Shown piece by piece: positions 1 through 10,845 of a stretch of 64,000 nt of DNA. This stretch comes from an uncultured Chloroflexia bacterium. GTDB taxonomy: Bacteria > Chloroflexota > Limnocylindria > Limnocylindrales > CSP1-4. The stretch lies in NCBI GenBank assembly GCA_963778155.1, contig CAVZTK010000006.1:791962-855961 (forward strand), given 5' to 3'. Each line of letters begins with the position of its first letter. Within the stretch, counting starts at the first letter, position 1. The translations under genes and the position numbers were made by a program. The notes beneath the pieces are model-generated. The model saw only the letters and a program-made list of their open reading frames with translations. It was not told where the DNA came from and did no database searches.

Positions 1-727
1 GGCGGCGGCCACGCGGAACCCGGCGAACAGGTACGGCACCGACGTCGGCAGGCGAAGCTGCCAGAGGATCTGTCGGCGCGAGGCGGCGTACGAGCGGAAC
101 AGCTCGATCGCACGCGGGTCGACCGCCCGCAGGCCGCGCAGCGACGCGATCGTGACCGGGAAGAAGGTCAGGTAGGCCGCGACGGCCATGACCGACAGCC
201 AATCGGCCTTGATGGCCACGACGACCAGCGGCGCGATGGCCAGGATCGGCACGGTCTGCGACGCGACGACGTACGGGACCAGCGCCCGCTCGGCCAGCCG
301 CGAGTGGACGAAGAAGACCCCGAGCCCCAGACCCAGCAGCCCGCCGAGGACGAACCCGGCGAACGCCTCGGCGAGGGTGAAGACCGCCTGGCCGAGCGAG
401 GACGACCGCCAGCGGTGGCCCGCCGCGCTGCGCCGGATCGACGAACGCGCGCGCGATGTCCCAGACGTGCGGCAGCGACAGGTCGTCGGCGATCCGCCAG
501 GCGAACGGCGGGACGTGCTCGTAGTCGATCTGCAGCCCGGCGATGGTGGCGTGGATCCGCCAGGGATCGCCGCCCAGCCACTTGGCGGCCTCCCACAGGA
601 CGAGCAGGGCGACGAAGACGACGATCAGGCCGGTGATCCGCTGTCGGCGCGAGCGGGCGGGGCGCGGCGTCGGACGCCGCGATCGGCCGGCCGGACGCCC
701 GGCGCAGGGAGCCGCTGGCGGTCGTCA
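1..727 (-). pseudogene. ABC transporter permease (NitT/TauT/SsuC-type), frame-disrupted, runs off the window start
   Basis: The minus-strand translation needs three frames. The ATG at 727 gives MTTASGSLRR. The next frame gives SRRQRITGLIVVFVALLVLWEAAKWLGGDPW. The third gives SLGQAVFTLAEAFAGFVLGGLLGLGLGVFFVHSRLAERALVPYVVASQTVPILAIAPLVVV...LFRSYAASRRQILWQLRLPTSVPYLFAGFRVAAA, a typical binding-protein-dependent permease. Breaks lie near 640-725 and 400-425. Confidence 0.7.
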
Positions 728-757
728 TGGTGGCGCTCGACGGCTCGGCGCCCGGGC

Positions 758-2093
758 TCAGACGACCGCTGCGTCGGCGATCTCGAGCGCGCGATCGATG
801 ACCTCGAAGCCCTCGGCCAGCTGGGCGTCGGTGATGCACAGCGGCGGGTTGGTATGGATCGAATTGTTGGCGAGCATCGTGTACAGGTGGTTCTCGCGCA
901 GGAACTTGCCGATCGCCTTCATCTCGTCCGAGGTCCCGTTGAACGGCGTCAGCGGCGTCCACGGGTCGTGCGACCGGACCAGGTCGATGATCCCGAACAG
1001 CCCGAGGTTGCGAGTCGCGCCGACGCTCGGGTGCCTGGCCGCGAGCCGGCGATGGTGCTCGCGCATGACCGAGTCGAGCCGGGCGGCGTTCTCGATCAGG
1101 CCGTCCTCCTCGTAGACCGAGATCGTGGCCAGCGACGCGGCCAGGCTGACCGGATGGCTGCTGTAGGTCAGTCCGCCGTAGAACATCTGGCTCTCGAACT
1201 TCTCGGCGATGCCGTGCCGCATCGCGACCGCGCCGAGCGGCAGGTACGAGCTGGTCAGGCCCTTGGCCATCGTCATCAGGTCCGGCGTGACGCCCCAGTG
1301 GTCGATGGCGAACCAGCGGCCCGGTCCGGCCGAAGCCGGCCATGACCTCGTCGGCGACCATCAGGATGTCGTGCCGGTCGCAGATCTCGCGCACGCCCTG
1401 GATGTAGCCGTCGGGCGGGATGAGGATGCCGTTCGTGCCGACGATGGTCTCGAGGAAGACCGCGGCGATGCTCTTGGCGCCCTCGTAGCGGATGACGTCC
1501 TCGAGGCCCTGCAGGCTCTCGGCCACGGGTCGGGGTTCGGCCTCTCCCCAACGGTGCGTGTCCGGGTAGCGGACGACGCCGACGATGCCCGGCTCGTTCG
1601 CCCAGCGGCGCGGGTCGCCGGTCAGGGTCATCGCGCCCATCGTCGCACCGTGATAGGCCCGATAGCGGGCCAGGATCTTGTGCCGGCCGGTCACGTGACG
1701 GGCCAGCTTGATGGCGTTCTCGATGGCCTCGGCGCCACCGAGCGTGAAGAAGACCTTGTCCATGTCGCCCGGCAGGATCTCGGCCAGCTTCGCGCCGAGC
1801 CGAGCCCGGATCTCGGTCGTGAACGCCGGCTGGACGAACTGGAGCTTGGTCGCCTGGGCGGTGATCGCGTCGACCACGCGCCGATCGCCGTGGCCGATGT
1901 TGACCGACATCAGCTGGCTGTTGAAGTCGAGGATCCGGTCGCCTTCGGGCGTGTACAGGTAGACCCCTTCGGCGTGATCGATGGCGATCGGGTCGAGGGC
2001 GCCCTGGACCGACCACGAGAAGAACGTGTGCTGCCGCGACAGCGCGACGATCTCCTCGCTGGTCATGGAGCCTGGAGCGGTGGTGATGGCCAT
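758..2093 (-). pseudogene. Class-III (omega-amino acid / beta-alanine:pyruvate type) aminotransferase, one frame break
   Basis: The N-terminal 260 aa of track ORF 168..2093 (SVNIGHGDRRVV, GGAEAIENAIKLAR, ADEVMAGFGRTG) join ORF 758..1276 (MTMAKGLTSSYLPLGAV with the PLP lysine). Deleting one G from the GGG (CCC on the plus strand at 1320-1322) restores [26 protein letters not shown]. Confidence 0.85.
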
Positions 2094-2223
2094 CGGTGTA
2101 CCTCGAGGGGGTGGAGCGAGCGTGTCGGGCGGATGGGTTGTCCGGCTGGATCGGCAGCGACGGCCACCGTCATCGTGTGGTGATTACAGCACAACCGAGA
2201 CGTCGCGGCGCCGTCCGGGACCG

Positions 2224-4105
2224 TCAGCGCAGGAAGCGCCGGCGGACCTCGCCCAGGCTGTCGAAGACGAGCAGGACTCCGAGCGCGAGCAGCCCGGCCA
2301 GGAACAGCTCGCGCAGGTACTCGATGGCCAGGATGAGCGTCGAGATAAGCGCCAGCACGATGGTGATCCGCAGCACCAGCTCCATGATGTTGCGGTCGAA
2401 GAACGATTCGATCACGAGATAGGAGCCGAGCAGCACGACGATCGCGGTCGGCGGAGGCAGGATCCGGAACCAGACGATGACCGCCAGAACGGCGATGAGC
2501 AACCCGACGCTGACCGCGGCCCACGCTTCGCCGAAGGCCCGGCGGCGGGCGACCGCCGGCGGCTCGGGCTCCGAGGCGTGATGGAGGTGGAGCCTCGGAT
2601 CGTCGAGCTGCCCGGCCCGCAGCGCAGCGAGGCGGTCGTGACCGGCGGCGATGGCGGTACCCAACTCGACCGCCTCGGCGCGGATCGCGCCCAGCCGCTC
2701 CTCGCCGGTCCGCAGCTCCTCGGCGCGTTCGGTCCGGTAGCCGGTCAACCCTGCCGTCTGGCGCACCGCGCCAAGCTCGGCATCGAGCTCAGGAAGAGAG
2801 ACGGCAAGGGTGTCCGCCTCGGCCACCAGTGCGGCCCGGGCCGCCGTCAGCTCGGCCAGCCGTGTCTCGAGGACCGCAACCGCTCGTGATGGCGGTGCGA
2901 CCTTCGCGAGGCCCGCGAACCCCAGTGGGTCGTACCACGACTGCCGGACGGAGCCGGTGCGGGTGTACTTCGGGTCCGGCCGGCGCACGTTCGCCTGCGA
3001 ACCGGTCGCCGGTGTCGAGCCCCCACAGCCCGCGGTATCGATCGACCCAGCCGACGTCGTCCCCGATGAGGACCGGCGACCAGGCGACGTCGGCGCCGGG
3101 GCCGACGGTGAGGCCGTCGCCCCGGGCGTAGTCGACGAACGGGACGCTCAGCGCCCGCTTCGCGTTGGCGGCAAGGTCGCCCGGGTCAGGCTGGGCCAGC
3201 GTGTCGCGCCAGAAGTGCCGTACGAGATCGAGCACGCCACGGATCCGTTTCTCGCCGGGAAACGGCAGCAGCATGATGTACTCGCCACGCTCGAGGTAGG
3301 TCGCATGCGAGCCGGCGCCCGGGTAAACGATCGGGTGCCCGTCGATCGTCTCCATCCGTGGATCGTCCCACCGCCGCCGCAGGTCATCGCCCTTCTCGTC
3401 GTGGGCCGCGGCGCAGAACCACGCGGGGCGCAGACTGCCGTCCTCAAGCGTCTCGCACACGACGAAGCACTGCTCAAGATCGGCCTCGTGATCGTTGGCA
3501 CCCTCGAACGTCGAACGCCAGTCGTTCATCGCGTAGAAGAACATGTAGTGCAGCACGACCCACGAGCCCACGCGGACGACCCGGCCGTGGTAGACGACCC
3601 GCGGGTCCTTCTCGCGGATCCGGTCGTACTTCTCCGAGGCGGCCGCGGCCGTGCCGCCCGGAACCCGGCCGCGCAGCAGCAGAGAGGTGACAAGGCCGGC
3701 ATCGACGAGCCGGGCCGCCAGGCCGACCCGGGCGAGCCGGCCGGGTGCCGAGAACCGCTGGTGCTCGGGGCGGGATTGCCAGCGCCGGAGCTCGAGCGCG
3801 TTGAGCGGATGCGGGACGAAGCGGAGGAACTGCGCCTCGCCCGGGGCCGGGTCGCCAACAGCGGCGAGCCGTTCGAGATCGAGCTCGCCGGCTGGGATGG
3901 CCACGCGCGTCTCGCGCAGCGTCGGGCCGGTCAGCAGGTCGCATTCCTCGACATATGGTCCGGTCCCCATCGGGAAGAACAGCTCGCCGTCGGTGAAGCG
4001 CAGGATCGGCTCGTGCCGCGCGAGTAGCTCGAGGTCGGCCGCCGACGCGGCGTCGGTTGCATCGTTGATGCCGGTGGCATCGGGCGCGCCTGCCGTGGCG
4101 GTCAC
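2224..4105 (-). pseudogene. Large hypothetical protein: possible Vps62/DUF946-like N-domain, coiled coil and C-terminal TM helices; one frame break
   Basis: ORFs 2789..4105 and 2224..2988 join as ...DRFAGERAPAGP|KYTRTGSVRQSWYDPLGF once one C is removed from the CCC (plus-strand GGG at 2972-2974). The core reads VVLHYMFFYAMNDW...NDHEADLEQCFVV...HPIVYPGAGSHATY. An Ala/Glu/Leu-rich coiled coil and hydrophobic helices (VSVGLLIAVLAVIVWF, IVLALISTLILAIEYL) follow. The GTG start overlaps the upstream stop (GTGA). Confidence 0.65.
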
Positions 4106-4538
4106 GGTATGGCCTCGCCATGGAGCGCCATCCGGAGGTCACGCTGGTTCAGGTAGAAGACCGCGATGACGTTGAGCAGCATCGAGAGGTAGCGCGGCTT
4201 CGCCGCTCCACCACCAGCCGAGGTCGATGGCGAGGATCACGCCCGACGAGATGATTGCCAGGACCCAGGCCCACTCCTTCCACGCCAGCAGGCCCACGAT
4301 GGTCGCCAGGCTCGCGATGAGGATGCCGATCAGCACGGCGGTCACCACGACAGCGGCCGTCGTCCCCTCCGGGCTATCGGGCAACGGCGACGGTGTCGCG
4401 CAACCACTGGACAACGTCGCCGCCCTCGAACTTCGCGAGCGCGGCGATGATCGACAAGGCGCGGATGGCGCTGAGCACCACGATCACGAGGATCCCGAGC
4501 GGGTACCGCGATCGGACCGAGCGGGCGCCCTGGGTCAT
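4102..4538 (-). pseudogene. Small multi-pass membrane protein (hypothetical), two frame breaks
   Basis: ATG at 4538 gives MTQGARSVRSRYPLGILVIVVLSAIRALSIIAALAKF. The next frame (track ORF 4139..4414) gives TAAVVVTAVLIGILIASLATIVGLLAWKEWAWVLAIISSGVILAIDLGWWW. The third frame gives KPRYLSMLLNVIAVFYLNQRDLRMALHGEAIP, ending in a TGA that overlaps the next gene's GTG. Breaks lie at the GGG at 4379-4381 and near 4200-4206. Confidence 0.5.
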
Positions 4539-4588
4539 GTCCACAGGCTAGCAGGCGGCCACGGCGCCGACCTCGCCCCCCGACGCGC

Positions 4589-5566
4589 TCACCGGGGCAC
4601 GAGCACGGTGACCGCGCCCGGCACCACCTCGACCTCGAGGGTGCCGGCCCGGTGGTGGTCACCGTCGGTCTCGATCGGCTGCTCCGGATCGGCTTCGATC
4701 GTGACCCGGCTGATGGAGCGGCGGATGACGCCGCCCTGGAGCTCGCCGGTCCCGAGCAGCAGCCGGGCAGCGCCCTGCAGGGCGGCGAGTGGGTCCGTCC
4801 CACCGAGGACGATGAGCTCGAGCCGGCCGCTCGACGGATCGATCGGCTGTCGCGGCCCGATCCGCCCGGGGACCAGCTGCCCGGCGTTGGCGACCATCGC
4901 CAGGTAGCCGTCGATCTCCATCGCGTCGCCATCGGCGTCGATCCGGAACCGCGACGGCACGAGCCGCCCCATCTCGCGGATCGCCGCTCCCACATAGGCA
5001 CCGAAGCGGAGCCGGCGCTTCCACTCGGTCTCGGCGGCCGCCATGATCCGCGCGTCGAGCCCCATCCCGCAGGCGACGATGAAGATCCGCTCGGCGGCTT
5101 TGGAGGCCGCGTCCGAGGCCGAGTCCGTGCCGCCGGCCCCGGCCGCCGGCCCCCAGCGGGCACGACCGAGGTCGAGCCGACGCGGCGGGCCGGATCGGAT
5201 GGCGTCGAGCGCCGGGCCGATGCCGCGGATGCCGAGGCTTCCCGCCAGGACGTTCCCCGTCCCGGCCGGGACGATCGCCAGGGGCGCCGAGCCGTGCGCC
5301 ATGGTTTCCGCCGCTTCGCGGACACTGCCGTCACCGCCGATGGCGACGATCAGCGGAGCATCCCCGCCGGCGGCCACGTTCGCCAGTGTCGCGCGCATCG
5401 TCGCCAGCGAGCCGGCCTCGATCACTGGGACGCGACCCGTCCGACCGCGGACGGCAGCCGAGACGGCCGAGACGATCCGGTCGCGCCGGGCCGGATCGAT
5501 CATCCCCGAGGCTCTCGGATTGACCAGGATGAGTGGGTCGCCGGAGGCGATCGGGGTGGGGGTCAC
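4589..5566 (-). CDS. Diacylglycerol kinase catalytic-domain family lipid kinase (YegS/BmrU type)
   Basis: Intact 325-aa ORF with LILVNPRASG, the VAIGGDGSV nucleotide-binding motif and IVPAGTGNVLA. Confidence 0.9.
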   Translation of the reverse strand: MTPTPIASGDPLILVNPRASGMIDPARRDRIVSAVSAAVRGRTGRVPVIEAGSLATMRATLANVAAGGDAPLIVAIGGDGSVREAAETMAHGSAPLAIVPAGTGNVLAGSLGIRGIGPALDAIRSGPPRRLDLGRARWGPAAGAGGTDSASDAASKAAERIFIVACGMGLDARIMAAAETEWKRRLRFGAYVGAAIREMGRLVPSRFRIDADGDAMEIDGYLAMVANAGQLVPGRIGPRQPIDPSSGRLELIVLGGTDPLAALQGAARLLLGTGELQGGVIRRSISRVTIEADPEQPIETDGDHHRAGTLEVEVVPGAVTVLVPR

Positions 5567-5867
5567 GAGCCGATGCTACCGCGCTTCCGCGATGGGAAAT
5601 GGCGTCGCCGACACGATTCTGGCATCCCGTCTAGACTGGCGCTCGCCAACGACCCCCAGGACACACGGGAACCCGGACAACTCGAAAAGACCGCCCCGCT
5701 CGCACGGCTTTTTCCGAGCCCGCACTTTCCGACGATGTCCCAATGCGTCGTTCCTCCCCCCTGAAACCGGCCCAGCCGGTTCGCCATGTCCTTCCGTGCG
5801 CGCCCGACAGGGGCGGACACCGCCCGTCGCGCCCCCCAGCGCGACGCCCTGGCAGGAAGGAGCACCA

Positions 5868-6365
5868 TTGCGCACGCTACATCTGGGCGCACGAGCGTTC
5901 ATCCCGGTCGCCCTCGCGGGGGCCGTCCTCTTCAGCCTTGCACCGTCGACACCGACCGCGGCATCGACCGGAAGCGAGGCGCAGCAGATCATCCGGATCG
6001 CCGAGCGAGAGCTGGGCCATCCGTGGCACTACGGCTCGATGGGACCGTCCCGGTTCGATTGCTCAGGACTCGTCATCTATGCCTACCGGAAGGCCGGCGA
6101 CGGCGCCCGAATCCGAGCCCCCCACCTTCGCTCGGCACGCGCGCTGTACCGCTACTTCAAGGCCCGCGGTCTCGCGAGTCGGACCCACCCGAAGCCCGGT
6201 GATCTCGTGATCTGGGGCTACGGCAGCCATGTCGGGATCTACATCGGTCACGGCAAGGCCATCAGCACGCTGATGAACGGGGTCCGGATCCACGGCGTCC
6301 ACGCGGTCACCGCCCGGTTCACGGCATATCTCCACACGGGGATGTCGACCAAGCCGGCGAGCTGA
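5868..6365 (+). CDS. NlpC/P60 family cell-wall peptidase, secreted
   Basis: GGAAGGAG Shine-Dalgarno, then TTG at 5868, in frame with track ORF 5043..6365. Signal-like LRTLHLGARAFIPVALAGAVLFSLAP. The catalytic Cys context is FDCSGLVIYAYRKAG and the His context is GDLVIWGYGSHVGIYIGHG. Confidence 0.85.
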   Translation: MRTLHLGARAFIPVALAGAVLFSLAPSTPTAASTGSEAQQIIRIAERELGHPWHYGSMGPSRFDCSGLVIYAYRKAGDGARIRAPHLRSARALYRYFKARGLASRTHPKPGDLVIWGYGSHVGIYIGHGKAISTLMNGVRIHGVHAVTARFTAYLHTGMSTKPAS

Positions 6366-6440
6366 CCCAGCCGCGGCTCGCCAGGCGAGCTGCACGCCGC
6401 CTCAGGACCTCGGTCGCCAGCGGGCGGTCGGGGTCCGCGT

Positions 6441-7927
6441 TCACCCGTCGCGACGGGCGACCTTGTCGAGATAGGCGAGGATGGCGTCTGCCGAACGGTC
6501 GATGTCGGCCGGCGTCGTCTGCCAGCCGGACACGGAGATGCGCATCGCCGCCTGACCGGCCCACGTGGTCCCGCCAAGCCAGCACGTTCCGTCACGCTGG
6601 ACGGCGTCGATGACGGCCCTGGTCCTGGAGTCGCCGCGGGAGCCGTCCGCGTCCTCACCCGGTCCGTCGAAACGGACGAGGACCTGGTTGAGCACGACCT
6701 CGTTGAGGATCCTGACGCCGGGTCCCGCGGCGAGCCGATCGGCCATCTGACGGGCCAGCGCGCAGTCGCGCTCGACCAGGTCGATGAGACCCTGGCGCCC
6801 CAACGACCGGAGGGCGGCGAGGACCGTGAAGCCACGCGCTCGGCGGGACGATTCCGGGACCCAGTTGTAGGGATCGCGCTCGGCGCCCTCGGTCTCGACG
6901 TAATAGGCGGCGCCGAGCGTCATCGCCTGGCGATGCGCGGCAGCGTCGCGAACGAAGACGAGACCGGAGTCGTACGGCACGTTGAGCCACTTGTGGGCGT
7001 CGGTCGACCACGAATCCGCGGTCGTCGTGGCCGCGCATGAGGTGGCGCAGCGAGGGGACAGCGGCAGCCCAGATCCCGAACGCCCCGTCGACATGGACCC
7101 AGGCGCCGCGCTCGTGGGCGATCGACACGATCTCGTCGAGCGGATCGAATGCACCGGTGTTCACGTTCCCGGCCTGGGCACAGACGATGACCGGCCCGTC
7201 GATCCCCGCCAGCTCGGCGCGCAGGGCATCGGGGCGCATCCGGCCCTGCTCGTCGGACGCGATCCGCCGGACGCGGTCGCCCTCGCGGCCGAGACCGAGC
7301 ATGCCCAGCGAGGCGGCGATCGTGACGTGGCTGCCCGCGTGCGTGATGACGGTGACCAGCGGCGCGCCCTGCAGACCAAGGCGATCGACGTCCCAGCCGG
7401 CCCGCGCGAGGACCGCCTGGCGGGCTGCCGCGATGGCCGTGAAGTTGGCCATCGTCGCGCCGGTCAGGAACCCGACGCTCGTCCCGGCGGGCAGGCCGAG
7501 CAGGTCGACCAGCCAGCCGGCCGCCACCTCCTCCGCGACCGCGGCGGCCGGCGACGAGACGAACAGCGACGGCGTTCTGGTCCCACGTGCTCGCCAGCCA
7601 GTCGGCGGCCAGGGCGGCCGGCAAGCCCGCCGCCGATGACGAACCCGAAGTAGCGCGGACCGGCGCTCGCGACGAGCCCGGGATCGACCGCGGCGGCCAG
7701 GTCCTCGATGACCGTCGAGCGGATCGGTCGGCTCGTCCGGGAAGCGGTCCGCCGAGCGCCGCACGAAGCGCAGCCAGGTCCGCCGGACGACCGACCGGAC
7801 GCGTCGCGAGCGAGGCGCGATAGGCGATGGCGATCTCGGCCGTGCGGTCGAGCAAGCCGCGGTTCGTCGGGTCATGTCGGGCCTCCCCGACGTGGCGGGC
7901 GGCCGGGAGCGCGACCGCGATGAGCAC
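6441..7927 (-). pseudogene. Group-II PLP-dependent amino-acid decarboxylase, about five frame breaks
   Basis: Pieces are spread over three frames: RTAEIAIAYRASL; DEPTDP; STVIEDLAAAVDPGLVASAGPRYFGFVIGGG; LPAALAADWLASTWDQNA; SLFVSSPAAAVAEEVAAGWLVDLLGLPAG...VHVDGAFGIWAAA; DSWSTDAHKWLNVPYDSGLVFV (PLP-Lys motif). Breaks lie near 7739-7741, about 7700, 7626-7628, about 7570 and 7019-7022. Confidence 0.8.
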
Positions 7928-7955
7928 CTGATGCTACCGTGACCCTGGGCTCGCG

Positions 7956-8363
7956 ATGAGGAGGCTCCCGATGGACCACGCCGCGTTCCGTTCATGGCTC
8001 GATCGCTACGTCGATGCCTGGCGCCTGCTCGACCCGGTTGCCATCGGCGACCTGTTCAGCCCCGACGTCCGCTACGCATTCGATCCGTTCAGCGAGGCCG
8101 TCGTCGGGCGGGCGGGCGTCGTCGCAGCCTGGCTCGCCGACCCCGATGAGCCCGGCTCCTGGGAGGCCGACTACGAGGTGCTCGCGGTCGACGGCGACAC
8201 GTTCGTCGCGCACGGTCGGACGCGCTACCTGACCGACGACCGGTCCGGCATCGATCGCGAGTTCGCCAACATCTTCGTGTGCCGTTTCGACGCCGACGAC
8301 CGCTGCCGCGAGTTCACCGAGTGGTTCATGCGGAGACGCCCCGAGGCGCTGCCCGACGAATAG
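7956..8363 (+). CDS. SnoaL-like / NTF2-fold family protein
   Basis: Intact 135-aa ORF. FRSWLDRYVDAWRLLDPVAIGDLFSPDVRY and the later FVCRFDADDRCREFTEWF are typical of NTF2-like small enzymes. Confidence 0.65.
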   Translation: MRRLPMDHAAFRSWLDRYVDAWRLLDPVAIGDLFSPDVRYAFDPFSEAVVGRAGVVAAWLADPDEPGSWEADYEVLAVDGDTFVAHGRTRYLTDDRSGIDREFANIFVCRFDADDRCREFTEWFMRRRPEALPDE

Positions 8364-8468
8364 CCGCGCGCCGACCGGACGTTCCCTGAGCACACGCGAC
8401 GGCCGCGCCCGCGGTGTACCCTCGCCCTCCTTCGACCCACGCACGTCCCGATGGAGGTCACGCGCGAT

Positions 8469-9321
8469 ATGGCCCGAACCGTCCGTGGCGCGCTCGTCCA
8501 GGCGACCTGGACCGGCGACAAGGAATCGATGATCCAGAAGCACGAGGGCTACGCCCACGAGGCTGCCAAGCAGGGCGCCCAGTTCATCCTCTTCCAGGAG
8601 CTGTTCTACGGGCCGTACTTCTGCCAGGTCCAGGACGCCCAGTACTACAGCTACACCGAGCTCATCCCGGACGGCCCGACCACCAAGCGGATGCAGGACC
8701 TCGCCAGGCAGACCGGCATGGTGATCGTCGCCCCGATGTACGAGGAGGACGACAAGGCCAGCGGGATCTACTACAACACCGCGGCCGTCATCGACCCCGA
8801 CGGCACGTACCTCGGCAAGTACCGCAAGACGCACATCCCCCACGTCAAGGGCTTCTGGGAGAAGTTCTACTTCCGCCCCGGGAACCTCGGCTATCCCGTC
8901 TTCGAGACGGCCGTCGGCAAGATCGGCGTCTACATCTGCTATGACCGGCACTTCCCCGAGGGCGCCCGGGCGCTCGGGCCTCAACGGCGCCGAGATCGTG
9001 CTGATCCCGAGCGCGACCTCGCGCGGCCTGTCCGAGTACCTGTGGCGCATCGAGCAGGTCAGCCACGCCGTCGCCAACGGCTACTACGTCGGCACCATCA
9101 ACCGCGTCGGCATCGAGGCCGACATCGGCGACGACGACTTCTACGGCCAGAGCTACTTCGTCGACCCGCGCGGCCAGTTCGTCGGCGACCTCGGCAGCGC
9201 CCACGACGAGGAGCTGCTGGTGCGCGATCTCGATCTCGATCGGATCCTCGAGGTCCGCAACACCTGGCAGTTCTTCCGGGACCGCCGGCCGGACGCGTAC
9301 GCGGACCTCACGCGACCCTAG
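8469..9321 (+). pseudogene. Beta-ureidopropionase / N-carbamoyl-amide hydrolase (nitrilase superfamily), one frame break
   Basis: The catalytic Glu (ILFQELF), Lys (YRKTHIP) and Cys (VYICYDRHFPEG) lie in ORF 8451..9464. The C-terminal part (GLNGAEIVLIPSATS...FFRDRRPDAY) lies in ORF 8941..9321. Removing one G from the GGG at 8976-8978 joins them as ARALGLNGAEIV. Confidence 0.85.
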
Positions 9322-9406
9322 GACACGCGCTACCATCCCCCCGGCTCGGCCGTCTGGAGGAGGACGGCCGAGCCGCCTCGATTCGATGGGGCGGGAGGCA
9401 AGACCC

Positions 9407-10414
9407 ATGCAGTTCGGCTTCACGCTCAAGCCCGACCACACGCCGGAACGCACGCTGGCGCTGACCCGCCGAGCCGAGGCCGCCGGGTTCGACTACGGCT
9501 GGCTGTTCGACTCGCACGTGCTGTGGCGCGACCCCTATCCGCTGCTGACGCTGATGGCCGGCGTGACCGAACGGATGCGGCTCGGGACGTGCGTCACCAA
9601 CCCCGGTACCCGCGAGCCGACGGTCACGGCGTCGCTGCTCGCCACGCTCGACGAGATCAGCGGCGGACGGATGGACCTCGGCATCGGCCGCGGCGATTCG
9701 GCCAGGCGCGTCCTGGGCAAGCCGCCGATCACGATGGCGAACACCGAGGAGGCGATCGGCGTCATCAGGGCCCTCGTCGCCGGCGAGCAGATCACCTACG
9801 AGGGGACAGAGCTCGTCTTCCCGTGGACGACCGGGTGGACGCTCCCCGTCTGGGTCGCCGGCTACGGCCCGATGGCGCTGGCGATGACCGGTCGCGTCGC
9901 CGACGGCCTGATCCTCCAGCTGGCCGATCCCGACCTCATCCGCTGGTTCGTCGGCCAGGCGCGCGAGGCCGCGACCGCTGCCGGACGCGATCCGGCATCG
10001 ATCAGGGTCCAGGCCGCGGCGGCCGCGTACGTCGGTCCGCGCGAGCTCGGGCGTGAGCGGGCGCGCTGGTTCCCGGCGCTCGTCTCGAACCACGTCGTGG
10101 ACCTGGTCAACAAGTACCCGCGCGAGCAGCTCCCGGCCAGCCTGACCGGCTACGTCCGCGACCGCGAGGGCTATGACTACCACCACCACGCCGAGGTCGG
10201 CTCCTCGAATGCGGCCTTCGTCGAGGACGAGGTGACCGACCGGTTCTGCGTCCTCGGACCGGCCGAGGAGCACGTCACCAAGCTCCAGGAGCTCGCAGCG
10301 GCCGGTGTGGACCAGTTCAACGTCTACCTCATGAACGGCGACGAAGAGGACCAGCTCGATGCGTACGGCCGCGACGTGATCCCGGTCCTGCGCGATGTCG
10401 CCGCGACGTCCTAG
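9407..10414 (+). CDS. Luciferase-like monooxygenase (LLM) class oxidoreductase, probably F420-dependent
   Basis: GGGAGG SD before the ATG at 9407. MQFGFTLKP...AEAAGFDYGWLFDSHVLWRDPYPLL...CVTNPGTREPTVTASLLATLDEISGGRMDLGIGRGDS is the LLM TIM-barrel signature. It sits between the beta-ureidopropionase and the dihydropyrimidinase. Confidence 0.8.
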   Translation: MQFGFTLKPDHTPERTLALTRRAEAAGFDYGWLFDSHVLWRDPYPLLTLMAGVTERMRLGTCVTNPGTREPTVTASLLATLDEISGGRMDLGIGRGDSARRVLGKPPITMANTEEAIGVIRALVAGEQITYEGTELVFPWTTGWTLPVWVAGYGPMALAMTGRVADGLILQLADPDLIRWFVGQAREAATAAGRDPASIRVQAAAAAYVGPRELGRERARWFPALVSNHVVDLVNKYPREQLPASLTGYVRDREGYDYHHHAEVGSSNAAFVEDEVTDRFCVLGPAEEHVTKLQELAAAGVDQFNVYLMNGDEEDQLDAYGRDVIPVLRDVAATS

Positions 10415-10529
10415 GCCCAAGGTCAGGCTGGTCAAGCGACCCACACGTCGCGCGATGCTGCCGTTGACGGCGCTGCGGCGCCCGCGACGCGGTCGAGCGC
10501 GAGAGACCGCCCAGCCAGGAGGACCGACG

Positions 10530-10712
10530 ATGAGGCTGTTCCGATATGGGCGCGATCCGTTCTGGGATGACGGAGTCGGCGCGCGCCAGGCCCATCATCG
10601 GGAACGTATCGAGGGCCTCATCGCCTTCGCCCTCGCCATCGGCGCCTGCGGCCTGACGATCGCGCTCTGGCTGCGGACCCTCGCCATGTCGATCGGGTTC
10701 GGGCCGGGCTGA
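10530..10712 (+). CDS. Small hypothetical membrane protein (60 aa)
   Basis: AGGAGG lies 6 nt before the ATG at 10530. There is one hydrophobic helix, LIAFALAIGACGLTIALWL. No homology was recognised. Confidence 0.35.
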   Translation: MRLFRYGRDPFWDDGVGARQAHHRERIEGLIAFALAIGACGLTIALWLRTLAMSIGFGPG

Positions 10713-10845
10713 CCGATCCGTCGCTCGCGGGCTGACCTCGGGCCGCGAGCACCCCGCATCCCTCCCCGGCCCTGCGCTCGCGACGGCCCATCGCCTACGA
10801 TGGCCGTCCTGACCGGTTCGTGGCCGACCGCGCGAGGAGGGACCG

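Noticed and set aside
168-2093. A 641-aa track ORF that appears to be a single large protein.
   Set aside because: It is a chimera. The first roughly 260 aa are a genuine aminotransferase N-terminus. After the break at 1320-1322 the frame is nonsense and reads through the intergenic gap into the permease gene. The same applies to 34878..37718 (sufD plus out-of-frame sufB), 22366..24132 and 45955..47250.
5567-5867. A possible cyclic-di-AMP (ydaO-type) riboswitch in the 300-nt leader of the NlpC/P60 gene. Such elements often precede cell-wall hydrolase genes in Actinobacteria.
   Set aside because: Only a loose resemblance was found (GGGAACCCGGACAACUCG against the conserved CCCGAACCCGACAGCU.ACCUCG). 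I could not find the GGGGUGAAUC-type blocks or the pseudo-symmetric helices. A covariance-model search would be needed, so it is not reported as a feature.
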